Source: an uncultured Alphaproteobacteria bacterium
GTDB lineage: Bacteria; Pseudomonadota; Alphaproteobacteria; Rs-D84
Length of the DNA: 19,133 bases
NCBI GenBank assembly: GCA_947053455.1
Contig: CAMRSV010000013.1
Coordinates: 1 to 19,133 of the forward strand
Direction of reading: 5' to 3'
Shown: positions 17,653 to 19,133 of the stretch, piece by piece
Layout: every line of letters begins with the position of its first letter
How positions within the stretch are numbered: the stretch's first letter is position 1
Program-made: the position numbers and the translations under genes
The notes under the pieces: generated by a model
The model's database searches: none
Told to the model about the DNA's origin: nothing
What the model saw: the letters and a program-made list of their open reading frames with translations, nothing else

Positions 17653-18126
17653 TTAATTCATATACAAAATGACACTGTTCAAGTATGCCGCGAAAAGTAT
17701 CCATATTATATACGGCCAAACCAGGTATGAGGCCGATCGACTGATTGTCTTGAACGCGCGCGCCATCCATATGGCGATAAATATCAATACCACCAGTACA
17801 ATCATTGCAGCCCCAATCATATGCGCGCCAAAGAACAGGTATGTCCACAATGCATTTAATATCATCTGTGCAAAGAACAGCAAATACGCCTTGGTCTTGT
17901 GCGCACGCGTACGGTCATTGTTCATAATCAGGAATAGCGCAATCCCCAGCAACCCGTACAGAATCGTCCACACCGCCCCAAAAACCCAACCTGACGGTGT
18001 TAAAACAGACTTGTTCAATGCATTATACCATATGTCGGACGCGCCAGACGGCGTAAATGTAACACCTATAAATCCTGGAATAAAGGCTAAAACAATTGCG
18101 ACAATAAAATAAAAAATCTTTTTCAT
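17653..18126 (-). CDS. tspO: TspO/MBR family tryptophan-rich sensory protein
   Basis: WYNALNK, PSGWVFGAVWTILY, LNALWTYLFF and PYIIWILFAAYLN motifs; ATG at 18126 with an AGAGG RBS. Confidence 0.93.
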   Translation of the reverse strand: MKKIFYFIVAIVLAFIPGFIGVTFTPSGASDIWYNALNKSVLTPSGWVFGAVWTILYGLLGIALFLIMNNDRTRAHKTKAYLLFFAQMILNALWTYLFFGAHMIGAAMIVLVVLIFIAIWMARAFKTISRSASYLVWPYIIWILFAAYLNSVILYMN

Positions 18127-18218
18127 AAAAAACCTCTTTGCGCATACTATAACACGCCCAACCCCTATGTCACACAGGTATGATTTCACACATCGTCGCT
18201 AATCATTGATTAGGCAAT

Positions 18219-18247
18219 AAAAAAATCCGGAAATTCCGGATTTTTTT
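18219..18247. terminator. Intrinsic terminator after the lipoprotein gene
   Basis: A7-TCCGGAA-A-TTCCGGA-T7. Confidence 0.8.
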
Positions 18248-18248
18248 A

Positions 18249-18878
18249 TTATCTTTGATTGTTATTTCCAATTGCATAGCGCAACGGCGGGTTTGTGTTT
18301 TTCTGGCTTGATGATACCGTTGTGTTTACCGGTTCACCATAATAGCGAATATCAAAACCAAAATCCTTCATAAATTTCTCTGCGTCCGCGCTTTCACGCT
18401 TTACATCTTTCAAGATGCGCGCGCCACATAATTTATGGCGATTTTCAGGTGTAACTTTATTGATAATATAATCAATATAGAATTCCTTGATATACTTCTC
18501 ACTCATGGTATTGCCAAATGTATCACCGTCATTTGCCAAGATAACACGGCTAACCTCTACGGAATCTGCAGATGCACAAATATTTTTTATCAATTCATTA
18601 TTTGTACGGATTCTGCCCCAAACATATGTTGTTTCATGGGTTTTAATTTCCGGCTTGGGGTCTTCTGTACCCGGATTTTCGTCATCACCAGGATTTTCCG
18701 TGCCCGGATCTTTGTTATCGTCCGAGTCATCTTTATCACCCGGCTGTTGCGGGCATTGACATGGGGGAACAATAATATAGTATTCATCTTTGTCACAGCC
18801 GGTCAAAGTCGCGCCCATTAAGCCCAATATAGGCAACAAGCGCTTTAATTTATACGGCAAAATATTTTTAAAAGCCAT
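18249..18878 (-). CDS. Putative lipoprotein with an acidic Pro/Gly linker
   Basis: ATG at 18878 with an AAGGTG RBS; lipobox LTGC; DPGTENPGDDENPGTEDP repeats. Confidence 0.8.
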   Translation of the reverse strand: MAFKNILPYKLKRLLPILGLMGATLTGCDKDEYYIIVPPCQCPQQPGDKDDSDDNKDPGTENPGDDENPGTEDPKPEIKTHETTYVWGRIRTNNELIKNICASADSVEVSRVILANDGDTFGNTMSEKYIKEFYIDYIINKVTPENRHKLCGARILKDVKRESADAEKFMKDFGFDIRYYGEPVNTTVSSSQKNTNPPLRYAIGNNNQR

Positions 18879-19020
18879 TGTCTCACCTTTTGTTTGTGCT
18901 TTAAATACATACATAATATAAGACAAAAATCAATACTTGTCAACTATTTTTCATAAAAAATATATAAGAAAGAATGCCTACTTGAAATATTCGGTTTTAT
19001 GTTATAATATAATTTAAGTT

Positions 19021-19097
19021 GCGCCCTTAGCCCAGCTGGATAGAGCATCGGATTTCTAATCCGCAGGTCGCAGGTTCGAATCCTGCAGGGCGCGCCA
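19021..19097 (+). tRNA. tRNA-Arg (UCU)
   Basis: Acceptor stem GCGCCCT/AGGGCGC, D-loop with GGA, anticodon loop TTTCTAA, GGTTCGAATCC T-arm, encoded CCA. Confidence 0.97.
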
Positions 19098-19133
19098 AAA
19101 ATTTAATCACCCCTTGTGGGTGGTTTAATTTTT
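19098..19133 (+). terminator. Probable terminator after tRNA-Arg
   Basis: AATCACCC/GGGTGGTT stem with a T-rich tail at the window edge. Confidence 0.5.

Noticed and set aside
19021-19133. tRNA-Arg as an integration site
   Set aside because: No duplicated tRNA 3' end or integrase is visible in the window; sequence beyond the edge cannot be assessed

Overview
This window is ordinary chromosome from a streamlined bacterium. The gene set and protein styles suggest a host-associated alphaproteobacterium, possibly an Rs-D84/'Ca. Enterousia'-like gut lineage (inference, not verified). It holds housekeeping genes (mscL, aroK, prfA, hisS, an M48 peptidase, tkt, rnhA, rlmE, uvrA, rodZ, dusB, an ftsB-like gene, tspO, tRNA-Arg-UCU) interspersed with orphan and surface-protein genes. 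No integrase, transposase, phage structural gene or CRISPR array is visible. The main discovery is two ~260-280 nt structured 5' leaders on the minus strand (1947-2208 and 17367-17649). They differ in sequence but share one architecture: sigma70 promoter, 5' hairpin, seed targets a1/b1, a tRNA-like small RNA carrying complementary a'/b' segments, an overlapping terminator, and a second target over the RBS. This resembles the phage P1/P7 c4 and P4 CI antisense cassettes, but each copy has its own co-varying seeds and precedes a cell-surface protein gene in a non-phage context. Other notable items: a stand-alone SRP M-domain protein with degenerate RNA-binding motifs, a beta-barrel gene frameshifted at a homopolymer tract, a His-His leader peptide before hisS, tandem orphans with AP2-like motifs, and several apparently leaderless mRNAs.
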